DNA of 64,000 bases from an uncultured bacterium (GCA_963819815.1 CAWFXL010000001.1:1152001-1216000), one strand, 5' to 3'; shown: positions 1 through 10,763, numbered from the stretch's first letter. A program made the numbers and translations. Notes: generated by a model not told the origin, from the letters alone.

Positions 1-151
1 CTTTGGAAAGAGTTTCATGAGGTAGATCGAATAATCTGCCTTCCCAACTTATCCTGAATATGGATATTGAGCTATTGTTCTTTGGCTGAAGACCATAGGC
101 TAACACAACTCATTATGGTATGGAGGGCATACTGATCTAGCAAAGTTTCTA

Positions 152-526
152 TTACCCCGCTGCACCATTGCCTAATGCACCACCCAGCCCCAGCGCTACG
201 TGTTGAGCAACGCCATGGAGTCCATTCCCGGCAGCTACATGATTCATATCATGGAATAATCTTCTCATACCAGCGGATGGCCGAAATGATGGACATAACA
301 TGAATCCAGCAATTCCAATAGCTAAGGCAATGATAATAACTTTATTAGAAAATACCTGTGATGCTGCGAGAATCCCAGCACCAGCAGATTCTAATCGCCA
401 TCTAGATAGAAATTCCGCAATTGACCTGGTAGACGGTAATGTTACTGCAGCAGCATGAAGGCTCTGACAAGAACCTGCTCCGCCCAGTAAAAGGGCAAGA
501 AGTACATAGTTTGTATAGTGCTTCAT
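152..526 (-). CDS. small hypothetical membrane/secreted protein
   Basis: 124-aa ORF with GGGGA SD upstream, hydrophobic N-terminal signal-like segment and a second hydrophobic stretch (VIIIALAIGIAGFML). Confidence 0.6.
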   Translation of the reverse strand: MKHYTNYVLLALLLGGAGSCQSLHAAAVTLPSTRSIAEFLSRWRLESAGAGILAASQVFSNKVIIIALAIGIAGFMLCPSFRPSAGMRRLFHDMNHVAAGNGLHGVAQHVALGLGGALGNGAAG

Positions 527-657
527 ATCATCCCCCAGTATAGAGACCTTTTTTCTTATACTAGTACCACTATAGCATTCCTATGAAAATTCGCCATAGG
601 GGCCTCACGAGAGTACTAGATCTTTCGCATAGCAATGCCTACCTTAAGAAGAGTTGA

Positions 658-2313
658 TTAGGACGAATGATTAAAACCTTGCTCAAACGCAGCATATTTT
701 TGCATAGCAAAATCTACTGCAACGACAATAAGCTCAGGAGTGATAAGACCATCTTCACGAATAGAGGCATCTGATATAAGGCCATTGATAATACCTTCGA
801 GCTCACCCCCTGAAAGTCCATCCGTCTTGTAGGCAAGATCCGAAAGGACCGTATCTGACAAGTTCTTTTGAACAGATTCAATGAATTCAGGGCTATTCTC
901 ACTAGGATCGAGCATCAGTTTATCTCGATATAAGGCAAGGATACCTAAACGTTCACGCTCCGCAGGAAGGGGAATTTCTATAGAATCATCAATACGTCTT
1001 TTCATTGCCTCATCAAGTACTTCTGGATGGTTCGTTCCAAACACCAACATAACCTTATTACTACGCTCACCGGTAAGATTAAGAAAGTTAGTAAGCAGCT
1101 GATACGATTCTGAAGAAATATCCGCACCCGACCTTCCTCCTAAGAATGCTTCGGCCTCATCAATAAAAAGTATAAGCCCACCTGTAGGAGCATGTTGTGC
1201 CCATTCAAAAAGCTTGTTCATATGACTAATCCCTTCTCCCCGACCCCGATATTGCGAAAAGGAAGCGCCTGACATAATCACATAGTCCATGTCCGAATGC
1301 TCTGCTAAAATACGGGCAAACATAGTTTTACCTGTGCCGGGAGGACCCCACAGAAGAAGATTTCTGTAGCGAATATTTTTTTGGCCAGCAATGATTTTTT
1401 CATGTATCGTCCGCGCTGCAAGAGCAATAGAATCTAAGCGCTCAGTAAGATCAGGTGCGCATATCATCCGAGGTTTTTCTTTTTTAGTGCTGCCCAAAAG
1501 ATAGCACAAGAAGCGCTGCAGATAATTTTTATGCGAGGTTTCAAGTACTAAAGCGGGTGTCCTTAAATTTCTATCAATATGCCTCCAAAGAAACCATGAA
1601 CTTATAAGGAGCACTCCACCTATTAGCACATTTCTCACAACCTTTTGGGAGGCATCATCAAGAGCATCGCCAACCTCTTCCACGCCGCCACGCACATTCT
1701 GTGCGGCTGCTCTCACAGCTCTATGAGCTGCTCCGCCATCCAGATTTAATGCTTCAAAGTGTTCAAAAAGTATACGTACCTCATCAACAGCAAGGTTTCG
1801 CATGTCTTCAATCAGTGCTTTCATCACACCATCTTCATTAATATAATCCTTGAGGGTATTAATTATTTTTCTCAGGGCTTCACGTCCTTCACCATCGGGA
1901 TTATATAAGTCGCCTATCGCAATTGCACCATTTTTAAATAAATTTTTCATGAACTGTGCGCCTGCTGCTTCTTTATCTTTAGAATCGGTTGCCGCATTCA
2001 GCGCTTTAAAAAAGGTGTTAACTATCTCTTTCATCTGAGCGTCCTGGCTCTTAACCTCAGGATTTACCAACCCACCTGGAATTACCTGTTGCCTCGGTTG
2101 CAATCGCTGTTGAATATTTTCCAACGCTCCGTCAACGGTAGCTGAGCCCATGGCTCTAAATGGATATTTAAGGACATCAGTAATACCTGTATAAATGCCA
2201 GATAACGCACGAACAAAAATATTTGACTGCGGTTGCTCTGACTGAACCACCGCCTGCAAAGAAAGGCTATAGAAAATACATAAGAACCCTAAACTTACCA
2301 GCTTACAATGCAT
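658..2313 (-). CDS. AAA+ ATPase, ATAD3-like, with N-terminal signal peptide and internal TM segment
   Basis: Walker A GPPGTGKT, Walker B LFIDEAE, SRH TNHPEVLDEAMKRR; HSDMDYVIMSG, KLFEWA and TPALVLETS match motifs I recall from eukaryotic ATAD3. Confidence 0.85.
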   Translation of the reverse strand: MHCKLVSLGFLCIFYSLSLQAVVQSEQPQSNIFVRALSGIYTGITDVLKYPFRAMGSATVDGALENIQQRLQPRQQVIPGGLVNPEVKSQDAQMKEIVNTFFKALNAATDSKDKEAAGAQFMKNLFKNGAIAIGDLYNPDGEGREALRKIINTLKDYINEDGVMKALIEDMRNLAVDEVRILFEHFEALNLDGGAAHRAVRAAAQNVRGGVEEVGDALDDASQKVVRNVLIGGVLLISSWFLWRHIDRNLRTPALVLETSHKNYLQRFLCYLLGSTKKEKPRMICAPDLTERLDSIALAARTIHEKIIAGQKNIRYRNLLLWGPPGTGKTMFARILAEHSDMDYVIMSGASFSQYRGRGEGISHMNKLFEWAQHAPTGGLILFIDEAEAFLGGRSGADISSESYQLLTNFLNLTGERSNKVMLVFGTNHPEVLDEAMKRRIDDSIEIPLPAERERLGILALYRDKLMLDPSENSPEFIESVQKNLSDTVLSDLAYKTDGLSGGELEGIINGLISDASIREDGLITPELIVVAVDFAMQKYAAFEQGFNHSS

Positions 2314-2415
2314 GAACCCCCCTTAGTTCTAACATAGCAATCTGGAGCCTATGAAATCAAGGATTGATGCATTAATTGAAATGAAAAACGTGATGATAAG
2401 AAGGTTAAAGAGAGT

Positions 2416-2449
2416 GTACTAGGTGTATAATCTAAAATACACCTAGTAC
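2416..2449 (-). terminator. hairpin terminator downstream of the OMP-like gene
   Basis: 13-bp inverted repeat GTACTAGGTGTAT/ATACACCTAGTAC just past the stop at 2457. Confidence 0.6.
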
Positions 2450-2456
2450 TGAAGTC

Positions 2457-4643
2457 CTAGAAACTATACTGTAAGCCGATATTAAAGAAGTATGAAGTAT
2501 CATCACCTAGCAAGGGGACCCTATCATTTACGATACCGGTCTTGCCAATGTTTTCGATAAAGTCTTTTTGAGCTCGATTCAGTGGTCGCCCTTTAATATC
2601 TTTATAATGGCTGCCTGGAAAGAACAGTGCACTGACCGAATACAATTTTAGGTCTGGAAGCAGTTCAGCGTCTATAAATATATTGAGCTCAACACCAAGG
2701 AAGGTACGGGCGAACCGACTTACCGATTGTTGATGCGTTTTTAGGTCATGAAATGGTGTTGCAAAATCATTCCAGAACCACAAAACATTGGGGTTAAAGC
2801 TCCATTTACGGGTTGACCAACATGGTCGATACATGCAACCGGTACCCACAAACACTAGATTAGTAAATCGAGAAACAACTGTTGCAAATTGGTTGCGCAC
2901 ATCTTCAGAGGGGAAAGCGAGCGGTCGAGGAATACGTCCCTGGCCACTCAACAAGTAGGCGCTTTTTACACGCGTTCCTGAATAGACTTCTTGAAGGCCA
3001 ATAAACCCTTCATAGACTTCATCTCGAATATGGTCACCACGCTTGATATGATCTTTATTAGGGTTTGGACCACCGCTTGCATACCCAAGGCCAGCACAGA
3101 CCTTAAGATCTGGCTTACATACAAGATAGCCCATATCAAACACAAACATAGAGCCATGGAACTTGTTAGTATACCCGTCACTAAACCGATCTCTATCGTT
3201 AATAAGTATACCCAGACTGTTTACCCCAATCACTTTCCCATTTTCAAGCTGGGTCTCAGGAGATACATCAATAATATCTTGGTTTTCTGGAACATTTAAA
3301 GCAAGAGGCGACTTCAGCGTCGGTTCCTCCCCAGGGGGCGCCTGGCGAACTCTGCTGTTCACAATAACTGCAGTTCCCGCTCTATTTTCAGGTCTAATAA
3401 CGTTACGATCCCACCCACAAACTCTCTGGTGACCAAAGTTATGTGCTGTATCAAAACCCCAATCAAATCGGCCCCAATCACTTTCAGCAGCGATACCTAT
3501 AGTAATAAGATCACTTCTAGCGTCACCGCGGAACTCAATTTTTTGCTCAGGATTATGATTATACAATATATAAGGTTCAATACGGCTCGCAGCATTATTG
3601 CGCCACATCGTGTGTATTTTGAGCCGAGCAGCCAGAAGATAATTAATCACACCAAAACCACGAGCCTGATCATTTCTATGAAAATATTGTTGACACCGTA
3701 TCTTTGCATTGGTCTGAGAAAAGGATGCCCCTTTATTATCTAAAATAGCACCATATAAATCGTAAAATAATATCCCTTTACAAAGCTCACCAGAAAGCTT
3801 GCCTCCAAATGCATATTGATCAACAGCATATTCAGAAATGAATCCTAAATCAGACGCATCAAGAGCATACGCAACTCCTAATGCAATCCCTCGCCCAAGT
3901 TCAAACGGGAAAGCACCGAAGGTTAAACTATGAGGACTTGAAAAGGGAAGACACATAAGATCATTTAACGAAAACTGAATCCACAACTCTCGAATCCAGA
4001 GAAAGTGAAGCGGAATTCCATGGCCATGCTCCCCAAAGGAGGTCCCGAACTCATTAACTGCAGCAGACGTTGTTGAAGCAATAGACTCAGGATCACCCCA
4101 AACCCCTTTGTTACGAATAGTCATCTTAGCATAGACAATGTCGTACGGCACCTTGGGCTGCCCATACCGAAATTGCGTAATGCAATCTACCGTATGACGA
4201 AAATAAATCACCCGATCAGTAGGATTATCGTTATTCAAAAGCCTCAGATTCTTCCCATAAAAGAACTCAGGGAGGCGTAGACGCACTTCAAACTTAAGTT
4301 CGCTATCACCTGGATGAAACACCATGCTTCCTTTTTTAGGAGGCCCAGACGTCTCATCCTTTTTTTCTACGGCTTCTAGTTCATTGGTTGTAGGATTTTG
4401 TGCTTCTTCACCTGTATTGGTCTTCGCCTCCTCATGAACTTCTTGCTTTGCTGGACTACCTGTTGAAGAAGTTTGCTGGACCTGTTGAATCTTCTGAACA
4501 GGAGTTTCATGACCTGCTGCAGCGCCTTTCTTTATTGAAGGTTTATAGCTATGAGAAGATATGCTATCTTGAGCTTTTACGTAAGCATTTGAGCAGATGA
4601 CCCCAAGCCCCATTACTACCTCCAGGCAAAGACGCCGATTCAT
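2457..4643 (-). CDS. putative outer-membrane beta-barrel protein
   Basis: AGAGGAG SD before ATG 4643, signal peptide, low-complexity N-terminus, alternating aromatic beta-strands, C-terminal YFFNIGLQYSF BAM-type signal. Confidence 0.65.
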   Translation of the reverse strand: MNRRLCLEVVMGLGVICSNAYVKAQDSISSHSYKPSIKKGAAAGHETPVQKIQQVQQTSSTGSPAKQEVHEEAKTNTGEEAQNPTTNELEAVEKKDETSGPPKKGSMVFHPGDSELKFEVRLRLPEFFYGKNLRLLNNDNPTDRVIYFRHTVDCITQFRYGQPKVPYDIVYAKMTIRNKGVWGDPESIASTTSAAVNEFGTSFGEHGHGIPLHFLWIRELWIQFSLNDLMCLPFSSPHSLTFGAFPFELGRGIALGVAYALDASDLGFISEYAVDQYAFGGKLSGELCKGILFYDLYGAILDNKGASFSQTNAKIRCQQYFHRNDQARGFGVINYLLAARLKIHTMWRNNAASRIEPYILYNHNPEQKIEFRGDARSDLITIGIAAESDWGRFDWGFDTAHNFGHQRVCGWDRNVIRPENRAGTAVIVNSRVRQAPPGEEPTLKSPLALNVPENQDIIDVSPETQLENGKVIGVNSLGILINDRDRFSDGYTNKFHGSMFVFDMGYLVCKPDLKVCAGLGYASGGPNPNKDHIKRGDHIRDEVYEGFIGLQEVYSGTRVKSAYLLSGQGRIPRPLAFPSEDVRNQFATVVSRFTNLVFVGTGCMYRPCWSTRKWSFNPNVLWFWNDFATPFHDLKTHQQSVSRFARTFLGVELNIFIDAELLPDLKLYSVSALFFPGSHYKDIKGRPLNRAQKDFIENIGKTGIVNDRVPLLGDDTSYFFNIGLQYSF

Positions 4644-4879
4644 AAAAACTCCTCTGTGCGAGAACAAGAAACAATGAACACCAACGCTTGCATTACCCGA
4701 AGCTTACAGAACACTCTGAAAATCCACTGAAAAATAGACTTTTTTAGTGTGACAATCTCTCTAAGTTTATGTTAATATTTACGCGAGATCAACTTGATTT
4801 CATGTCCTACTCACTTTCCTACAAGAAGTAAAAAGGGAAATATTTCCCCATACTCTAAACTTACCAAGCAGGCAAAAAT

Positions 4880-5734
4880 ATGACCCAAAAACATCCTATC
4901 ATTCTTGGAGCGCACATGTCCATCGCAGGAGGCATCGAAAATGCCTATTTGAGCGGCGCTTCAATAGACTGTACGGCAATTCAACTATTTACACATAGCA
5001 ATCGGCAATGGGCAATCAAAGAGCTATCGGCTGACACCATAGAAAAGGTACAAACAGCTCAACAACAGACAGGCATTACCCACGCGGTAGTGCATGCAAG
5101 TTATCTTATCAATGTTGCCTCTACCGATGCCGAAACCAGAAGAAAATCGAAAAATATGCTTCATATGGAGCTCAATCATTGCGCAGCCTTGGGCATTAAC
5201 TTCCTTGTGCTGCACCCAGGATCAAACCCTTCAATTGAAGAGGGAAGCAAGCTCATCAGCGAAGCAATCAATGAAACCTTTGAAAAGAACAGCTCAAAGG
5301 TCACCATTCTCCTTGAAAACATGGCTGGCCAAGGCAGTCAAATTGGCTACCGTCTTGAGCAGCTTGCTACACTCAGACAAGAGATCTCTGCAAAAAAACG
5401 CATTGGCTTCTGTATCGATACGTGCCATCTATGGGCAGCAGGGTATGACTTTTCAGACCATACAGGATATCAGAAGGTCTTAAAAGAGGTGGATACTATC
5501 CTTGGAATTGAGCATATACATGCGATTCATCTTAATGATTCTAAACAAAAGCTCAATTCACAAGTAGATCGTCATGCAAATATCGGAGCGGGAACCATTG
5601 GCCTTGAAGCATTCAGGCTTATTATGAATGATCCTACGCTTAAAAATATCCCAAAAATTCTCGAGACCCCTGGCAAAGAGCTTCACGAGTATGCACATAA
5701 CATGAAAATACTGTTGGATCTTGTAAAGAGCTGA
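4880..5734 (+). CDS. nfo: endonuclease IV (AP endonuclease)
   Basis: LGAHMSIAGG, HASYLIN, LHPG, LENMAGQG, CIDTCH, HLNDSK, DRHANIG, KILETP motifs. Confidence 0.97.
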   Translation: MTQKHPIILGAHMSIAGGIENAYLSGASIDCTAIQLFTHSNRQWAIKELSADTIEKVQTAQQQTGITHAVVHASYLINVASTDAETRRKSKNMLHMELNHCAALGINFLVLHPGSNPSIEEGSKLISEAINETFEKNSSKVTILLENMAGQGSQIGYRLEQLATLRQEISAKKRIGFCIDTCHLWAAGYDFSDHTGYQKVLKEVDTILGIEHIHAIHLNDSKQKLNSQVDRHANIGAGTIGLEAFRLIMNDPTLKNIPKILETPGKELHEYAHNMKILLDLVKS

Positions 5735-5740
5735 ATTTAA

Positions 5741-5902
5741 TAAGAACGTGTAGTTAAAGACCCGTATAATAGCTAAGAAGGAATTGTAGTATATATTACG
5801 AGTCCTTAACTAACACTTTCTTACAAGCAGTGCCTCACCATATAGGAAGTCTAATAACTATTGAAGGGAGAGAAAGATAGTTATTAAAGCTACACTAACT
5901 AG
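5741..5902 (-). ncRNA. putative structured sRNA, sibling copy 1
   Basis: One of three near-identical elements; two stems whose mismatches become G-U pairs only on the minus strand; TAGAAT -10-like hexamer at 5914-5909; ends approximate. Confidence 0.65.
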
Positions 5903-6293
5903 GAAGCAATTCTAAGTTTCTACGAATTTTGCCTAAAAAACAACAGTTTATCTTTCGCAACATTATAAAACAACACAAAAACTGCTATTTCCAGGCGACT
6001 ATTTCCAAAATAACGTATTTTTATTGTAAAAGCAACCACAAAGCAACAAGATTTACCTCGTGCGCTTTCTCATCATTGAAACAATATACAACCAACATCT
6101 CCGCCAAAGTTTTCTACCTGAACGACTACAGGGTGTCTAGCTGTTTTTAACATCACTTGGGTATACCAGTTTTAGGGTTCCCCTATATCAAAAGAGGATG
6201 ATTGCTTGGCCTTAAGAAATCTCACCTGAAGGCATTTTTTCTAAGGCAACTTTGGAAATAGGATGGGATTATGGGGCGAGAAAGAGATGGTAC

Positions 6294-6458
6294 TAAGATC
6301 GTGATAGTTAAAGACCCGCAAATAGCAGCTAAGAAGGAATTGTAGTATACATTACGAGTCCTTAACTAACACTTTCTTACAAGCAGTGCCTCACTATATA
6401 GAAAGTCTAATAACTATTGAAGGGAGAGAAAGATAGTTATTAAAGCTACACTAACTAG
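6294..6458 (-). ncRNA. putative structured sRNA, sibling copy 2
   Basis: Near-identical to copy 1 (AGCTAAGAAGGAATTGTAG, TAATAACTATTGAAGGGAGAGAAAGATAGTTATTA conserved); TAGAAT at 6470-6465. Confidence 0.65.
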
Positions 6459-7045
6459 GAAGCAATTCTAAGTTTCTACGAATTTTGCCTAAAAAACAAC
6501 AGTTTAGTTCCTGCATCGTCAAGCAACAACATAAAAAGGTGGGTACCTACGAGCATTTTTGTCCTTTGGAGTATTTTTTTGCACAAAACAACCTCTTAAC
6601 AACGCTATGTTGCTGCAGAAAAAGCTCCATGATTCTTCTTAAGACAGAGAAACACGGATCAAAAGTTCCCCAACGATGCCTTGTTGTACATCTAGGATAT
6701 TAAGAAACACCTATTACATAAACAATCAAGATCCAGAAAAGTTGAAGGATGAGACTTCAAAATGAACAGCATCTGACAATTTCATCATAGCTTTCTATAA
6801 GAGCTTATGTGATTGCACAAGTCTGCCTGTTTTTCTATGCCTTTTTAATGAGGCCTTGTATCGTCCACAAGGTTGTACAGATCTTTCATGTAGAAAGATA
6901 TAGATTGTAAAAGGGCAATACCTCAATAGAAACGGGTCTAGAGATGCACAACATGTACATAAAAAAATTTCATCGGTTACACAAGCCGATATAAACAAGA
7001 GCAATATGTCATTAGGTGGAAAATTCAGTGAGGTGGCTGATACTT

Positions 7046-7208
7046 TAAGATCGTGTAGTTAAAGACCCGTTAAATAGCTAAGAAGGAATTGTAGAATAAT
7101 TTTAACGTACGAGTCTTTAACTAACACTCTCTTACAAGCAGCTTCTTTAGAGGAAGTTTAATAACTATTGAAGGGAGAGAAAGATAGTTATTAAAGCTAC
7201 ACGCTATC
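7046..7208 (-). ncRNA. putative structured sRNA, sibling copy 3
   Basis: More diverged copy retaining both stems and loops; two G-U pairs replaced by A-U; TAGAAT at 7220-7215. Confidence 0.65.
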
Positions 7209-7482
7209 AAAGCAATTCTAAGTTTCTAGTAATAGTGCACAAAAAACAACAGTTGGTTTTAGAGCACACACCGCAACAACAAAAAGGAGCCTTAGTTTTC
7301 GTTGTTTTTTAAATAGTTGGTCTTTTTCTTGTAAAAACAACCACTGCGCAACAAAAATACCTTTTGCGCACCACTAGCCGCACTTTCTTTCGAATGTGCT
7401 CATTTGTAGAATGTATTCGTAAACCTGTTTGGAACTCAAACAAGAGGGGTCGTGGACAAATCTTGTTGTGTATCACACACTA

Positions 7483-9639
7483 CTATTTTGTTACGGGAAC
7501 TTCTTCATAGCATTCTACACGATCATCGGGCTCAAAATCACTAAACCCTTCTATCATGAAACCACATTCAAATCCCGAGTGAACTTCTTTCACTGCTTTC
7601 TTTTCACGTTGGAGACTCTTAATAGGGCCTTCACCAATCTTTTCCTTACCGCGGTACACCTTTACCTTACCATTACGTGTAAAGCGCCCTTCACGTACAA
7701 TAGAACCCGCAATAACACCAAGATTCTTAATATCAAATACCTTGAGTACTGTTGCTTCACCAATTTTCTTGGTAACCATTTCAACAGGTTTGCCTGATTC
7801 TAAGAGCGCCTCAACTTCTTCTATCAGCTTATAGATGATATCGAAGGTTTTAATGACGACACCTTTTTTGTGCACAAGATCCATGGCATTAGGTTGCACT
7901 TTTACTCCGAACCCATAAATATAGGCTCCTGTATCGGCTGCAAGCATAACATCACTTTCAGTAATATCCCCTACGCCAGACTGAATAATTGAAATAGCAC
8001 CATGTTTAGAAGTTAGACGGGAAAGAGATGCTGCAACTGCCTCGCGCGATGACACATTATCAGTTTTGAGAATAATATCGATATCTGCTTCTCGAGAAGC
8101 ACCAGCTTTGCGCAGCAGTAAGTCAGCTCGCTGCTGAGCAGCAGGGATGCCTTTTTTAATAACTTTTGACGTATGTACCTCAAAAAGATCCCCCGAATGA
8201 GGAAGCTCTGAAAATCCTGCAACTTGCACAGGCACCGAAGGTCCTACTTTTTGTACCCTTTTACCATCAGAAGTAACGAGAGAACTTACACGCCCCGTTG
8301 CTTCACCAGCAATAAAATAATCGCCAACCTTAAGAACACCATGCTGACAAATAACTGTGGCTACTGGGCCTCGACCCTTTTCAAATTTTGATTCTAAGAT
8401 GTACCCGCGAGCTGGAACCGTAACATTCGCCTTAAGATCCATAACTTGAGACTGGAGCACCAGCACATCAAGAAGATCATCTACACCTTGTCCCGTTTTT
8501 GCTGAAATCGGCATGACAATAGTCTGTCCGCCCCATTCTTCGGGAACCAAGTTATGACGCGCAAGTTGACTTTTAACCGCTTCTATTTGAGCAGGAGATG
8601 CTTTATCTATCTTGTTAATCGCTACAACCATAGGAATGCCAGCAGCTTTAGCTGCATTAATCGCTTCTTCTGTTTGAGGCATGATACCGTCATCTGCAGC
8701 TACAATGAGAATTGCAATGTCGGCCACTTTAATTCCACGTACACGTATTAACGAGAAAGCTTCATGGCCGGGTGTATCGAGGAAGATAACCCCGCCCTGT
8801 TTCGTCTTAACATCATACGCGCCTACATGTTGCGTTATGCCCCCTTTTTCACGAGAGGCTACACGTGTCTTACGGATAAAGTCTAGCAGAGTAGTTTTAC
8901 CATGGTCCACATGTCCTATCACAACTACTATAGGCAATCTTTCTTTCCATTCTCCAGCAGCCTCTTGAGAAACTAAGGGCATCTCTTTTGATTGCCGTGC
9001 TGTCTCTTTTTTTACCAAAGTAAGACCATGCACAGTAGCAAGGTCTCTAATTGTTGTTTCAGGTAAAAGCTGAGTCACCGGTGCTGCAATACCTTTCTTC
9101 AGGAGAGCAATAATAATTTCGCTTACAGGAACTCCCGCTGCTGCAGCAAAATCTCCTACCGTCATCGGCGCATCATATGCTGTTCCGGGCTCCAATCCAG
9201 GCTTCTTAGTTTCAGGTTGCTCAACAACCTTCTTTTGAATTACAGGAGTTGCAGCTTTCTGGACTGTCGGTTTAGCCTGTATGGTCGGTTGGCTGGGTTT
9301 TTGTGGAGCTTTTTTTTCTGGAGAAACTTTTTGAACTGGTTCCTGAGCGGCTTCTACTTTTTTAACTGGAGCTTTTTTAGCTTGTTCTTTTGGCTGTTCC
9401 TTAGATTCAGTCTTAGGAGATTCGATCTTAGGTTGTTCTTTTTGAGAAGCAGGTTCTTTGCTCACCGGTTTTTGGACCTTAGAACTTCCTTTGGTCATCA
9501 GCTTTTCTACGAGAGCCTGCGCTTCTGGCGGTACCAAGGCAATACTTGCCAAAGAATAGCCATGCTCCTTCAAAAGATCTATAAGCTCTTTATTGGTAAG
9601 GCCTAACTTCTTTGACAATTCATATACGCGTATCGCCAT
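7483..9639 (-). CDS. infB: translation initiation factor IF-2
   Basis: N-terminal [32 protein letters not shown]-terminal ECG motif. Confidence 0.98.
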   Translation of the reverse strand: MAIRVYELSKKLGLTNKELIDLLKEHGYSLASIALVPPEAQALVEKLMTKGSSKVQKPVSKEPASQKEQPKIESPKTESKEQPKEQAKKAPVKKVEAAQEPVQKVSPEKKAPQKPSQPTIQAKPTVQKAATPVIQKKVVEQPETKKPGLEPGTAYDAPMTVGDFAAAAGVPVSEIIIALLKKGIAAPVTQLLPETTIRDLATVHGLTLVKKETARQSKEMPLVSQEAAGEWKERLPIVVVIGHVDHGKTTLLDFIRKTRVASREKGGITQHVGAYDVKTKQGGVIFLDTPGHEAFSLIRVRGIKVADIAILIVAADDGIMPQTEEAINAAKAAGIPMVVAINKIDKASPAQIEAVKSQLARHNLVPEEWGGQTIVMPISAKTGQGVDDLLDVLVLQSQVMDLKANVTVPARGYILESKFEKGRGPVATVICQHGVLKVGDYFIAGEATGRVSSLVTSDGKRVQKVGPSVPVQVAGFSELPHSGDLFEVHTSKVIKKGIPAAQQRADLLLRKAGASREADIDIILKTDNVSSREAVAASLSRLTSKHGAISIIQSGVGDITESDVMLAADTGAYIYGFGVKVQPNAMDLVHKKGVVIKTFDIIYKLIEEVEALLESGKPVEMVTKKIGEATVLKVFDIKNLGVIAGSIVREGRFTRNGKVKVYRGKEKIGEGPIKSLQREKKAVKEVHSGFECGFMIEGFSDFEPDDRVECYEEVPVTK

Positions 9640-9671
9640 ATTTTTTTTCCTTAAGTCATGCAACCAAAGAT

Positions 9672-10763
9672 CTATTCAGTTTCTTCCTGAGAAGACTCTT
9701 CATGCTGAACATCCTCGTCACTATCTTCAAAAAGCTCTTCCGCCGTGGTAGCTTCATTTTTAACCAGATTGAGCTGCATCCCGGTAAGCTGGGAAGCAAG
9801 AGCAATATTTTTGCCCATCTTACCAATAGCTACCGAGCGCTGATCCTCATCAACCCACACATTTGCCGTTTTGTCATCAAGAATCTCAACACGATTAACC
9901 TCGGCAGGCTTCAGTGATTTTCTAATAAGCTCTTCTTTCGAAGTTGTAGCCTCAATGATATCGATCTTCTCAGCGCCAAGCTCACGCAAGATAGGCTTAA
10001 TACGGGCTCCACCTACACCTACACAGGTCCCTACGGGGTCAATATTAGGATCATTTGAAGCAACCACAATCTTGGATTTGTAGCCTGGAGCTCGAACAAT
10101 CCGCTTAATTTCCACAAGTCCTTCAAAGATCTCGGGAACTTCAAGCTCAAAGAGCTTCATAAGAAACTCGGCTGAAGAACGATCGAGAATGAGCTGATTT
10201 TCATTACGAGGTTCCGTAAGCACCTCTTTCAATAAGGCACGAATCGAGTAGCCAACCACATACTTTTCTTCCGGGATCTGAAGAGATCTTGGTAAAAAGG
10301 CTAAAGCATCCTCAATTTTAACGGTGACCCCATGTCGGTCAGCCTTATGCACAACACCATGCACAATAGTGCCTTCTTTGGGCTTAAACTCATTATAGAT
10401 GGCTTCGTACTCAATTGAGCGAATCTTTTGAGCAATTATTTGCTTTGCTTTTAAGATTTCTATACGACCGATTGGCCCTTCAAAAGGCAGGGGCATCATG
10501 TCATCAAGATCTATATCTTTCTTAACAGCCCGCGCTTTTCGAAGACTTATTTCTGCCAAATCGTCTTCAACGTTTTGAACGACCTTTTTATCAACCGTAA
10601 CCTCTAACTCATCAGAGTTCTTATTGTAGGCAACGTTTAAAGGAAGGTCTGGATACCTTTTTTTGTAAGCAACAAGAAGACCTTCGCAAATGATAGCGCT
10701 TAACACTGATCGGTCAAGACCTCTTTCTTCAACGAGCTCTTCGATAACTTGGGAAAGTTTCAC
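9672..10763 (-). CDS. nusA: transcription termination/antitermination factor NusA
   Basis: NusA N-domain, S1 and KH motifs (FELEVPEI, RAPGYKSK, DPVGTCVG, AIGKMGKN); directly upstream of infB. Confidence 0.97.
   Translation of the reverse strand: MKLSQVIEELVEERGLDRSVLSAIICEGLLVAYKKRYPDLPLNVAYNKNSDELEVTVDKKVVQNVEDDLAEISLRKARAVKKDIDLDDMMPLPFEGPIGRIEILKAKQIIAQKIRSIEYEAIYNEFKPKEGTIVHGVVHKADRHGVTVKIEDALAFLPRSLQIPEEKYVVGYSIRALLKEVLTEPRNENQLILDRSSAEFLMKLFELEVPEIFEGLVEIKRIVRAPGYKSKIVVASNDPNIDPVGTCVGVGGARIKPILRELGAEKIDIIEATTSKEELIRKSLKPAEVNRVEILDDKTANVWVDEDQRSVAIGKMGKNIALASQLTGMQLNLVKNEATTAEELFEDSDEDVQHEESSQEETE

Noticed and set aside
1..103. Possible 3' end of a plus-strand gene at the window edge
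   Set aside because: Too short to identify the frame or product
5929..6703. ORFs 5929..6150 and 6485..6703 (both MPKKQQF...) as a duplicated small protein or type I toxin
   Set aside because: TTG starts; similarity ends after 7 codons where the DNA repeat ends; start absent in copy 3; no hydrophobic toxin pattern
5741..7250. The triple repeat as a CRISPR array, retron msr-msd or MITE
   Set aside because: Units are ~200 bp with 350-550-bp gaps; no cas or reverse transcriptase nearby; no terminal inverted repeats or target-site duplications seen
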